Source: Bacilli bacterium (GTDB taxonomy: Bacteria > Bacillota_I > Bacilli_A > ML615J-28 > CAG-698). From it: DNA of 41,094 bases. Positions 27,311 through 35,764 of the stretch are shown here, one piece after another. The notes under the pieces were generated by a model. That model made no database searches. It saw only the letters and a program-made list of their open reading frames with translations, and was not told the DNA's origin. Position 1 is the stretch's first letter; every line of letters begins with the position of its first letter. Both the position numbers and the translations under genes were made by a program. The stretch spans positions 1 to 41,094 of the forward strand of contig JAQUYR010000003.1 in NCBI GenBank assembly GCA_028691715.1. The letters are read 5' to 3'.

Positions 27311-28291
27311 ATGTTTAAAGTTGGAAATGTTGAAATAAATAATCAAATAGTTTTAGCCCCTCTTGCAGGGTATACCAATAAGGCATATCGCAAGATAATC
27401 AAGAAATTTGGGGTGGGACTTGTATTTACCGAGATGATAAGTGCCAAAGGCTTAATATACGATAATGATAAAACATGGGAGTTAACCGACATCGATAAAG
27501 ATGAACATCCAATTGCCGTTCAGTTATTTGGTGGGAATGCTACGGATTTGGTCAAAGCGGCAGTCATGATTGACCAGAGGAGTAAAGCAGATATCATCGA
27601 TATCAATATGGGCTGTCCGGTAAAAAAGGTGATAAAGGCTGATTCAGGAGCAAAGATGCTTCTAGATATCAACAAGGCATATGATATAGTTCATCAGGTC
27701 GTTTTAGCTGTTACAAAACCAGTAAGTGTTAAAATTAGAGCGGGTTGGGATCATAAAAGTATTAACTGTGTTGAATTTGCAAAAGCCATGGAAAAAGCTG
27801 GAGCTTCAATGATAACAATTCATGGAAGAACAAAAACCGACTTATATGGGGGAAAAGTAAATTTAGACTATATAAAAAAAGTTAAGGATAGTGTTAAAAT
27901 ACCAGTTATTGGTAATGGTGATATTAAAAATATTAATGATGCCCGGATAATGTTTGAGTACACTGGGGTTGATGCTGTAATGATTGGACGAGGAACATTT
28001 GGAAATCCTTGGTTGATGCGCGATTTAGTTGACTATTTCTCTGGCAGAACAACGGATGCTCCACCAACAAAATTGGAGAAAGTAGCGATGATTAAGGAGC
28101 ACTTTGAAGAGTTATTAAAGATAAAATCGGAAAAGATTGCTGTTTTAGAGATGAGAACATTAGCTGCCTGGTATGTTAAGGGATTTAGTTATGCTAAGGA
28201 GTTTAAAAGCAAATTACTGGGAATTAAAACAAAAGATGAAATGAATTTATTGATTGAAGAATTAGAGAGAAGCATAAACGAGGAAAAATAA
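27311..28291 (+). CDS. dusB: tRNA-dihydrouridine synthase
   Basis: Dus-family motifs: LAPLAGYTNKAYR, DINMGCPVKKV, HGRT, GNGDI and GRGTFGNPW. 326 aa. Confidence 0.9.
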   Translation: MFKVGNVEINNQIVLAPLAGYTNKAYRKIIKKFGVGLVFTEMISAKGLIYDNDKTWELTDIDKDEHPIAVQLFGGNATDLVKAAVMIDQRSKADIIDINMGCPVKKVIKADSGAKMLLDINKAYDIVHQVVLAVTKPVSVKIRAGWDHKSINCVEFAKAMEKAGASMITIHGRTKTDLYGGKVNLDYIKKVKDSVKIPVIGNGDIKNINDARIMFEYTGVDAVMIGRGTFGNPWLMRDLVDYFSGRTTDAPPTKLEKVAMIKEHFEELLKIKSEKIAVLEMRTLAAWYVKGFSYAKEFKSKLLGIKTKDEMNLLIEELERSINEEK

Positions 28292-30490
28292 ATGAGAACA
28301 AAATCAATGTCAGTTAAAGATAATGTATTATATATGGGAGAACATCGCCTACAGGATTTAGCAAAGGAATATGGAACTCCACTTTATGTTTATGATGAAA
28401 TTGGAATAAATGATAAGATAAGAAAATTTAAGGATAATTTTAACAGTGAAAAATTTAACTGTGAAGTTGTCTATGCTTCTAAAGCATTTATCGCTCCATA
28501 TCTTTGTAAGATTTTAGAAAAGAATGATTTAAGTATCGATTCAGTTAGCGAGGGAGATCTTTACTTGCTCAAAAAAAGTGGTTTTCCGATGAATAAAGTC
28601 GTAGCTCACGGGAATAACAAATTGATGAATGAACTGATTATGGCTCTTGATTATGGTGTTGAATACTTGGTTGTTGATAACCTAACAGAACTTTTACGCT
28701 TGGAGTATTTAGCAAGTCGCAAAAAGAAAAAACTAAAGACATTAATTAGGATTAATCCTGGCATTGAAGCTCATACTCATGCTTATATAGAGACATCACT
28801 TCTGAGTTCAAAATTTGGCGAGTCAATACATGCAACAGATATCTTGGAACAAATGGTTGAGGTATATCGAAATTCAGAGTATTTGACTTTAGAAGGATTC
28901 CATGCCCATATTGGTTCACAAATAAACAATCCCAATAGTTTTATCTCTGAGGTAAAAACGATGTGTCAGTTTATGAGAGATTTTTCTCAGAAGACAAAAT
29001 TTGAGTTTAAAACTTTGGATATTGGTGGAGGCTTTGCTATCAAGTATTTAGATGAAGATGTTGAAATTGATCTACCAACAATGCTTAATCTGATTGTAAA
29101 AGCCGTTGAAGAAGAAATAGAAGATACATCGCTAAAAATTGAAAAATTGATGATTGAACCAGGGAGATCACTGGTTGGCGATTCAGGAATAACTTTGTAT
29201 ACCTGTGGAAGCAAGAAAACAACCTTTAGTGGGAAAAAATACATCTTTATTGATGGAGGAATGGCAGATAATATCAGACCAGCCTTATATCAGGCAAAAT
29301 ATAGTGTTGATATTGCTAATCAGGTAAATACACCAGTTAAGGAAATGTATGATGTGGTTGGCAAGTGCTGTGAGAGTGGCGACATCATCGTGAAGGATGC
29401 TATGATTGGGGAAATTCATAAAGGCGATACGATGGTGGTTTATTCAACAGGTGCATACTGCTATTCGATGTCGATGAATTATAACAGTTTAGTCAGAGGG
29501 GCAGTTATCTTTGTCAATGGACAAAAAGTAACAACAGCAATCAGAAGACAGAGTTTTGAGCATTTATTTGACACATGTGTTTATGAGGAGAAGGAAATGA
29601 AAATATTTGATATACATAGTGATATGCTATACGATTTATATAAACAAAGTCTTATTGGAAATAACACAAGATTTTTAGATTTCCATGTTCCCCAGTTACA
29701 AAATAGCTGTATCAAGGGAGCAATTTGGACGATGTATTCACCAGATGATTTCAATTTACTAAAGGCTGTTAAAGTTGCTATGAGCAAAATAAACCTGAAA
29801 GACTTACCAGGCTTTCAGGTTATATTTGGTCTGGAGGGCTTACGAAATCTTGAGAAGGTTGAAGATATAAATAAGTTATATAAACTTGGTTTCAGACATG
29901 CTATGTTGACATGGAATGAAGCAAATAAGTATGCAACAGGAGTTGCTGGTGATGCCAATAGAGGATTAACTGATGAGGGTGAAAAACTGATAAAGAGAAT
30001 GGAAGAACTGGACATGATTATTGATCTAGCCCATTTAAATGAGAAGAGTTTTTATGGTGTTCTTAAAATCTCGAACAAAAATATTGTTTACTCTCATGGA
30101 TGTGTTAAAGATATATGCAATCATCGTCGTAATGTTACCGATGATCAAATGAAAGCCTTGAAGAAAGTGGATGGATTATTAGGATTAACCCTTGCTAAAA
30201 ACTTTGTCAGCTCTATTGAAGAGGAAAAGGATTTGGAACACTTCCTTGTTCATCTGGATTATGCTGTTGATATAATGGGTGTTGATAATGTTTGCTTCGG
30301 ATTTGACTTTATGGATTACCTATCAGAATTTCCAAATGATAATATAGTTGATGTCCCTAATGCTACAAAGGCATACAGGATAATTGATGGTATGAGAAAA
30401 AATGGATATTCTGAAGAAGAAATAAACAAGATTTGTTGGGGCAATTTTTATAATCGATTTAAAGACAAAATAATGTTAAAAGGAGAATGA
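28292..30490 (+). CDS. Fusion protein: diaminopimelate decarboxylase (LysA, aa 1 to ~430) joined to a peptidase M19 dipeptidase (aa ~436-732)
   Basis: The ATG abuts the dusB stop (TAAATG).
- LysA motifs: VVYASKAF (PLP Lys), HAHIGSQ, DIGGGF, EPGRSLVG, GKCCESGD and GAYCYSMSMNYNS.
- M19 motifs: IFDIHSD (HxD), GLEG, LTWNEANKY, IIDLAHLNEKS, YSHGC and GFDFMDY.
There is no stop codon between the halves. Confidence 0.85.
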   Translation: MRTKSMSVKDNVLYMGEHRLQDLAKEYGTPLYVYDEIGINDKIRKFKDNFNSEKFNCEVVYASKAFIAPYLCKILEKNDLSIDSVSEGDLYLLKKSGFPMNKVVAHGNNKLMNELIMALDYGVEYLVVDNLTELLRLEYLASRKKKKLKTLIRINPGIEAHTHAYIETSLLSSKFGESIHATDILEQMVEVYRNSEYLTLEGFHAHIGSQINNPNSFISEVKTMCQFMRDFSQKTKFEFKTLDIGGGFAIKYLDEDVEIDLPTMLNLIVKAVEEEIEDTSLKIEKLMIEPGRSLVGDSGITLYTCGSKKTTFSGKKYIFIDGGMADNIRPALYQAKYSVDIANQVNTPVKEMYDVVGKCCESGDIIVKDAMIGEIHKGDTMVVYSTGAYCYSMSMNYNSLVRGAVIFVNGQKVTTAIRRQSFEHLFDTCVYEEKEMKIFDIHSDMLYDLYKQSLIGNNTRFLDFHVPQLQNSCIKGAIWTMYSPDDFNLLKAVKVAMSKINLKDLPGFQVIFGLEGLRNLEKVEDINKLYKLGFRHAMLTWNEANKYATGVAGDANRGLTDEGEKLIKRMEELDMIIDLAHLNEKSFYGVLKISNKNIVYSHGCVKDICNHRRNVTDDQMKALKKVDGLLGLTLAKNFVSSIEEEKDLEHFLVHLDYAVDIMGVDNVCFGFDFMDYLSEFPNDNIVDVPNATKAYRIIDGMRKNGYSEEEINKICWGNFYNRFKDKIMLKGE

Positions 30491-30491
30491 A

Positions 30492-31580
30492 ATGAAGGAA
30501 ACTAGTATTGAAGGATTGAATCAGTTGATTCAAAAAGCTATTGAAGATGATGTTTTTCCCGGCGCTAATTATTGTTTAGTCACTGATAATGAGGATTATT
30601 ATGGAAGCTTTGGTAACAAGGCTAGTTACCCTCAAGTAGAAATAAATGATATCGATACTTTATACGATATGGCGTCTTGTAGCAAGGTTATAAGTACAAC
30701 AACTTCCATAATGATGTTATTGGAACAGGGAAAACTTCGTTTATATGATTCTGTTAAAAAATATGTTCCTCGTTTTCGCTATGAAAACATTACTATCTGG
30801 GATTTATTAACCCATTCATCGGGACTACCAGCTGATGTTATCCGATCATCGAAATTAAAAAATCGTGAAGAAGCTTTGGATAGAATTTTTGATTCGGTAT
30901 TAACATATGAAAAAAATTCTAAAGTTGTCTACTCTGATTTGGGATTCATTTTATTAGGATTTGTTGTAGAATCTATTAGTGGAATGACCTTGGACGAGTT
31001 TTCCAGAATCAATATTTTTGAACCACTGGATATGCTTTCAACAGGATATAATCCTGCTGATATTACCAGATGTGCTCCAACTGAAGAGAGAAAAGATGAG
31101 ATTTACAATGGTTTTCTCAGAGGAAAAGTTCATGATGAAAAAGCATTTATCTTAGGTGGAGTTGCTGGACATGCTGGATTGTTCTCCTGTGTTAAAGACT
31201 TGAATCATTTCATAAGAATGATTTTAAATGATGGTGTCTATGAAGGAAAACAAATATTGAGTAAAGCAACTATTGATTTGTTGTTTACTCCTCAAGTGGC
31301 AACAAAAAATGGTGTATCATTAGATGATGATACTAGAGGTTTGGGATGGATCGTTCGCGGAACATTTTGTTCAGCAGGAGATTTAGTCAGCAAAGAGACA
31401 ATTTTACACACAGGTTTTACGGGAACAAATGTTTTTATTGATCGCATTAATAGAGTTGGATTCACGATGTTGAGTAATCGTGTTCACCCAACAAGAGCAA
31501 ATGTTAAAATAATACCTTTTAGAGGAATGCTAGGAAATTATATAATATCTCATTTTGGAGGAAGAAACAGTGGAAATTAA
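30492..31580 (+). CDS. Beta-lactamase-fold serine hydrolase (class C / DD-peptidase / AmiE-like), cytoplasmic
   Basis: Starts 1 nt after the previous stop. Motifs SCSK (SxxK), YSD (YxN position) and HTGFTG (in place of KTG). No signal peptide or TM segment. 362 aa. Confidence 0.85.
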   Translation: MKETSIEGLNQLIQKAIEDDVFPGANYCLVTDNEDYYGSFGNKASYPQVEINDIDTLYDMASCSKVISTTTSIMMLLEQGKLRLYDSVKKYVPRFRYENITIWDLLTHSSGLPADVIRSSKLKNREEALDRIFDSVLTYEKNSKVVYSDLGFILLGFVVESISGMTLDEFSRINIFEPLDMLSTGYNPADITRCAPTEERKDEIYNGFLRGKVHDEKAFILGGVAGHAGLFSCVKDLNHFIRMILNDGVYEGKQILSKATIDLLFTPQVATKNGVSLDDDTRGLGWIVRGTFCSAGDLVSKETILHTGFTGTNVFIDRINRVGFTMLSNRVHPTRANVKIIPFRGMLGNYIISHFGGRNSGN

Positions 31581-32553
31581 GAAATTTAATGAAAAAATGA
31601 TTGGTGATGTTGTTAGATTATGGAATGAAAGTGTTGTTCCGTATTCGATATATGCTGAGTTTACAGAGGAGAGTTTCAAGGATAAATTCATAAATAATCC
31701 TTTTTATGATAATGATGGCAGTTGTGTTGTTGAAGAAGCGGGAAAAATTATTGCTTTTGGAAATGCAACATATAACAATAATGGTTTGGATGTTGAAAAA
31801 ACACCAGGGTATATCACTTGCATAGCGGTTGATAAAGCCTATTGGCGCCAGGGAATTGGAACAAAGATCCTTCACTATTTAGAAGAATTTTTAATGAGTA
31901 AAGGAAAAATTCTTGTTCGCAACTTTTTTGGAAATCCTATAAATCTTAAGTGGTATGTTCCTGGATATAGTAAACATGAACATGCTGGAGCTCCAGCGGT
32001 TGAAATCAATAGCCCGTATTATTTTTTATTGATGGCAAACGGTTATAACATCAATGGTCAACAGGATGCCTACCACATCGATTTAACAAAATATCAAATG
32101 CCTCAAAAGGTCATTGATAAAATCAACGAAAATGAAAAAGATGGTTACACCATTACAATATATGATGAAAAAATTCATTATGGCTTTGATGAATTATTTG
32201 ATGCTTTAGGCAGCGAAGGCTGGCGTCAGGCTATCAAGAATAACCTGGCAAAAGAAAAACCATTACCGATTCTTATTGTTCAAAAAGATGGGGAGATTCT
32301 TGGCTTCACCGGCCCGATAAATAATGAACCGAGTGGCAGAGCTTTTTTAGCTGGTGTTGCAATCCATCCAAAAGCTCAGGCTCGTGGTCTAGGAAAGACA
32401 ATGTTCTGTTCTTTATGTCAAAAATCAAAAGAAAATGGCTCAACATTTATGACTTTATTCACTGGTTCAGACAACAAGGCAAGAAATATATATCTTTACG
32501 CTGGACTTAGAGTGGTAAGATCTTTTGCGGTAATGAGAAAGGACCTTAAATAA
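31570..32553 (+). CDS. Double-GNAT N-acetyltransferase
   Basis: GTG at 31570 lies 8 nt after GGAGG; the alternatives are TTG at 31555 and ATG at 31597. There are two acetyl-CoA motifs, VDKAYWRQGIGTKIL and IHPKAQARGLGKTMF, so two GNAT folds sit in tandem. The gene overlaps the upstream gene's end. Confidence 0.8.
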   Translation: MEIKKFNEKMIGDVVRLWNESVVPYSIYAEFTEESFKDKFINNPFYDNDGSCVVEEAGKIIAFGNATYNNNGLDVEKTPGYITCIAVDKAYWRQGIGTKILHYLEEFLMSKGKILVRNFFGNPINLKWYVPGYSKHEHAGAPAVEINSPYYFLLMANGYNINGQQDAYHIDLTKYQMPQKVIDKINENEKDGYTITIYDEKIHYGFDELFDALGSEGWRQAIKNNLAKEKPLPILIVQKDGEILGFTGPINNEPSGRAFLAGVAIHPKAQARGLGKTMFCSLCQKSKENGSTFMTLFTGSDNKARNIYLYAGLRVVRSFAVMRKDLK

Positions 32554-32554
32554 A

Positions 32555-33244
32555 ATGGCAAAAACATTTATGGCAATTGGTGGTCATATAGGCGATATGG
32601 AATTGACAGCTGGATGTGTTTTAGCACATCAAGCGCTTCATGGTGATAAGATAATTACTGTGGCTTTGACAGCTGGAGAAAGAGGAAATCCTCAGGGAAT
32701 GAGTCAAGCTGAATATCGTGTCCAAAAGGTTAAAGAGGCTGAAACATTTGCTCAAATGTTAAATGGAGAGGCTATTGTTCTTGATTATCCCGATGGTGAA
32801 TTACCTAATAATGACACAGTTAGATGGCAAGTAGCAGCTTTAATCAGAAAATATCGTCCTAATGTTATTTTTACTCATTGGGGAAATAGTATGCATAAAG
32901 ACCACATCAATACTAATAGAATAGTTATTGATGCTGCCTTTTGGGCAGGAATTGATGTTGGTGACAAATTAGAAGGAACGCCTTGTTGGGCTCCGCTTTA
33001 TTTCTGTGAGAATTGGGAAGATCGCGAAGGATTTGATCCTTATATGATGGTTGACTGTAGCGATGGCTATGATTTATGGTGTCAAGCAATAAGTAAACAC
33101 TGGTTTATCATGAACAGCCCATCTTTTAGATATTATGATTACTATACTCATTTGACTTATGTTCGAGGAGCTTTAGGTAAATATCAACATGCTCAATGCT
33201 TTGATGTTAAAGGATATCAAAAATTTACAAAGGTGAGTTTCTAA
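32555..33244 (+). CDS. PIG-L / LmbE-family N-acetylglucosaminyl deacetylase-like protein
   Basis: Starts 1 nt after the previous stop. The N-terminal motif is AIGGHIGDMELTAG (family consensus AHPDDxE), followed by FTHWGNSMHKDH (the HxDH zinc motif). 229 aa. Confidence 0.78.
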   Translation: MAKTFMAIGGHIGDMELTAGCVLAHQALHGDKIITVALTAGERGNPQGMSQAEYRVQKVKEAETFAQMLNGEAIVLDYPDGELPNNDTVRWQVAALIRKYRPNVIFTHWGNSMHKDHINTNRIVIDAAFWAGIDVGDKLEGTPCWAPLYFCENWEDREGFDPYMMVDCSDGYDLWCQAISKHWFIMNSPSFRYYDYYTHLTYVRGALGKYQHAQCFDVKGYQKFTKVSF

Positions 33245-33245
33245 A

Positions 33246-34184
33246 ATGAAAAACAAACCCCAAAAACTTAGGATTAATGATACAATCGGATTAATATGCC
33301 CAGCATTTAAAAATCCTAATATGGATTCTGTCAATAGAGCTATTGAATATTTAAACAAAAAAGGTTACAAGGTGAAAGTTGGAGAATCTTGTACGGCTAG
33401 TGAAGGTTACTTAGCTGGCAGTGATAGCTTTCGGGCTCGTGATTTAGAAAAAATGTTTCTTGATGATGAGGTTAAAGCAATTGTGTGCATGCGTGGTGGT
33501 TATGGTGCTAGTCGCATGGTCGATTTAATAGACTATGAAATAATAAAAAACAACCCTAAAATCTTTTCAGGGTACAGTGATATAACGGTTTTATTAAATT
33601 CAATATATCGTAAATCCAATATGCCAACCCTTCATGGAATGGTCGGCTTCGCTTTTGGAAGTGATAAATTTGTTGATTTTAGCGAAAATGATTTTTGGAT
33701 GGCAACTACTGAGTTACAAAAAAATAGAATTTTAAGAACACCTGATGATAAAGCAAAGACCTTGGTTGAGGGCGTTGCTCAAGGTGAACTTGTCGGTGGA
33801 AATCTTAGTCTATTGGCAACGATGGTTGCTAGTGATTATGGAGCAGATTTTAAGGATAAAATAGTTTTTATCGAAGAAGTTGAAGAGGAACCATATAAAC
33901 TTGATCGCTATTTTTCAACACTTCGTCTTTCAGGGAAATTAAAGGAAGCAAAAGGGTTTATTTTTGGATATTTTACCGATTGCGAACCGAGTGAAAATCG
34001 TAAAGGAACTCAAAATTACTTAGATGTAATAAAAGATTATTTTCTGGAGTATAATAAGCCAACTATTTATGACTTTGCATCTGGTCATGATTATCCATTC
34101 ATTAATTTACCAATGGGAATAAAAGTAGAACTCGATGCTAATGACAAAACGATTAAGATCTTAGAAGAGTTTTATCAGGAATAA
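33246..34184 (+). CDS. ldcA: LD-carboxypeptidase (peptidase S66, LdcA/MccF family)
   Basis: Starts 1 nt after the previous stop. Motifs: IGLICPA, CMRGGYGASR, FSGYSDIT (nucleophile Ser), FIEEVEEEPYKLDR (Glu) and ASGHDYPFINLPMG (His). Confidence 0.9.
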   Translation: MKNKPQKLRINDTIGLICPAFKNPNMDSVNRAIEYLNKKGYKVKVGESCTASEGYLAGSDSFRARDLEKMFLDDEVKAIVCMRGGYGASRMVDLIDYEIIKNNPKIFSGYSDITVLLNSIYRKSNMPTLHGMVGFAFGSDKFVDFSENDFWMATTELQKNRILRTPDDKAKTLVEGVAQGELVGGNLSLLATMVASDYGADFKDKIVFIEEVEEEPYKLDRYFSTLRLSGKLKEAKGFIFGYFTDCEPSENRKGTQNYLDVIKDYFLEYNKPTIYDFASGHDYPFINLPMGIKVELDANDKTIKILEEFYQE

Positions 34185-34219
34185 TCTCGATAAAATATTA
34201 TAAGCAAAAGGAGAAGAAA

Positions 34220-35521
34220 ATGCAAAAAGCACTTAAAAGATATACCTTACCAGGATATGTGACGTATTATGGAACAACTAAGAAAGTTATGATACCTGTT
34301 GAATACCAGGAAAAAGAAGAAGAATTAAGAGGCGTGTGGTTCTCAACTGTAGCTAATATTGACATTCCTCAAATGACTGATGAAGAAAAGATTAAGGAAT
34401 ATTTATTAGGGGTAATCAAAAAAGTTAAAGAATATAATATGAATACGGTGGTCTTCCAAGTTAGACCGATGAATGATGCTTTTTATCAATCAAAGTTAAA
34501 TCCTTGGAGTCGTTATATAACTGGTGTAGAAGGTAAAAATCCTGGATTTGATGTCTTCGGTTTCTTTGTTGAGGAAGCAAAAAAAGAAGGAATTACTACT
34601 CATGCTTGGATTAATCCATATCGTGTTTCAACTCAAAAATTGAGCGATTTAAATCAAACAAAAGAAGAGTATCTGAAGACACTTGATAAGAACAATTTTG
34701 CTAGACGTCATCCTGAATGTGTCATTGAAACATCTTTAACAAAATTAATATTAGATCCTTCGAGCTCAAAAGTGAGAAAATTTGTTACGGATACAGTCAT
34801 TGAGATTGCTAAGAATTATGATATAAAGGCTGTTCACATCGATGATTATTTTTATCCTTATGAACCAATTGCTGATCCTCTAGAAGAGGAAAAATTTAAG
34901 AAGACTAAGTTTACAAAAATATCAGATTTCAGGCGAAATAATGTTGATAAACTGATTAAAATGATATCAGTTAATCTGAAAAAGCTTGACAAAAAGGTTG
35001 AATTTGGAATTAGCCCATTTGGAATATATCGTACAAATTCCAAACTTTTTGATGATCTGGATGATGAGGCGGCTTGGGACAAAGGATCAAACAACCATAA
35101 AGGATGTTTTAGCTGTTACAAAGGCTTATACGCTGATGTCTATTTATGGATGAAGAAAAAGTGGATTGACTACATTACTCCTCAAGATTATTTTGATTTT
35201 AGTAATACTAAAATTGATGAAAATAATCAAGAGGTATGCCGCGTGAGATATGCTGATCTAGCGAAATGGTGGAGCTGGGCAGCAAAGAAAACAGGAATTA
35301 AATTATATATGGGGCAAGGCATTTATCGCTATTCAGATGAAGGCGATTGGGCCAATCCAGAAGAAATAATTAATCAACTAAAGTTCAACACCTTATTTCC
35401 AAATATCATGGGAACAATGTTTTTCACATATAAAAATTTTGTAGAGGATAAATATGAATCATGTGTTAAAGGAAGAGAACTAATCAAACAACTTTGGACA
35501 AAACCAGTGAAGGAAATATAA
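34220..35521 (+). CDS. Glycoside-hydrolase-like family 10 (GHL10 / DUF187, YngK-like) TIM-barrel protein, no signal peptide
   Basis: AAAGGAGAAG SD. ELRGVWFSTVANIDIPQ and NTVVFQVRPMNDAFYQSKLNPWSRYITG match the GHL10 N-terminal signature, along with HAWINPYR and VHIDDYFYP. Confidence 0.8.
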   Translation: MQKALKRYTLPGYVTYYGTTKKVMIPVEYQEKEEELRGVWFSTVANIDIPQMTDEEKIKEYLLGVIKKVKEYNMNTVVFQVRPMNDAFYQSKLNPWSRYITGVEGKNPGFDVFGFFVEEAKKEGITTHAWINPYRVSTQKLSDLNQTKEEYLKTLDKNNFARRHPECVIETSLTKLILDPSSSKVRKFVTDTVIEIAKNYDIKAVHIDDYFYPYEPIADPLEEEKFKKTKFTKISDFRRNNVDKLIKMISVNLKKLDKKVEFGISPFGIYRTNSKLFDDLDDEAAWDKGSNNHKGCFSCYKGLYADVYLWMKKKWIDYITPQDYFDFSNTKIDENNQEVCRVRYADLAKWWSWAAKKTGIKLYMGQGIYRYSDEGDWANPEEIINQLKFNTLFPNIMGTMFFTYKNFVEDKYESCVKGRELIKQLWTKPVKEI

Positions 35522-35528
35522 AAATATA

Positions 35529-35558
35529 AGCAGCGTTGTTACTAAACGTTGCTTTTTA
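35529..35558 (+). terminator. Rho-independent terminator closing the dusB-to-GHL10 unit
   Basis: GCAGCGTT-GTTACTA-AACGTTGC (one wobble), followed by TTTTT. Confidence 0.65.
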
Positions 35559-35668
35559 TATAGGAAATAATCGATTAAAAATATGAAATGAATTGTATCA
35601 ACAAAGGCTAACATGTTGAAGAAAATAACCAGAAAAATAAAATGTCTTAATAAATTTAAAAAATCACC

Positions 35669-35697
35669 TTGAAAAAAAGAGTATTTTATAGTATAAT
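35669..35697 (+). promoter_or_regulatory. Sigma-A promoter for the GH20 / binding-protein / permease unit
   Basis: TTGAAA, 17 nt spacer, TATAAT. Confidence 0.55.
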
Positions 35698-35764
35698 TGT
35701 AGAAACTATTATATGGTTAAATTTTTCTGTTTTCGATTTAAAAAATAGCTATTAGGAGAAAACT

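Noticed and set aside
35728-35741. cre-like (CcpA) site TGTTTTCGATTTAA between the promoter and the SD of the GH20 gene.
   Set aside because: It has two mismatches to the TGWNANCGNTNWCA consensus at constrained positions (A5 and C13). It is not distinguishable from chance in AT-rich DNA.
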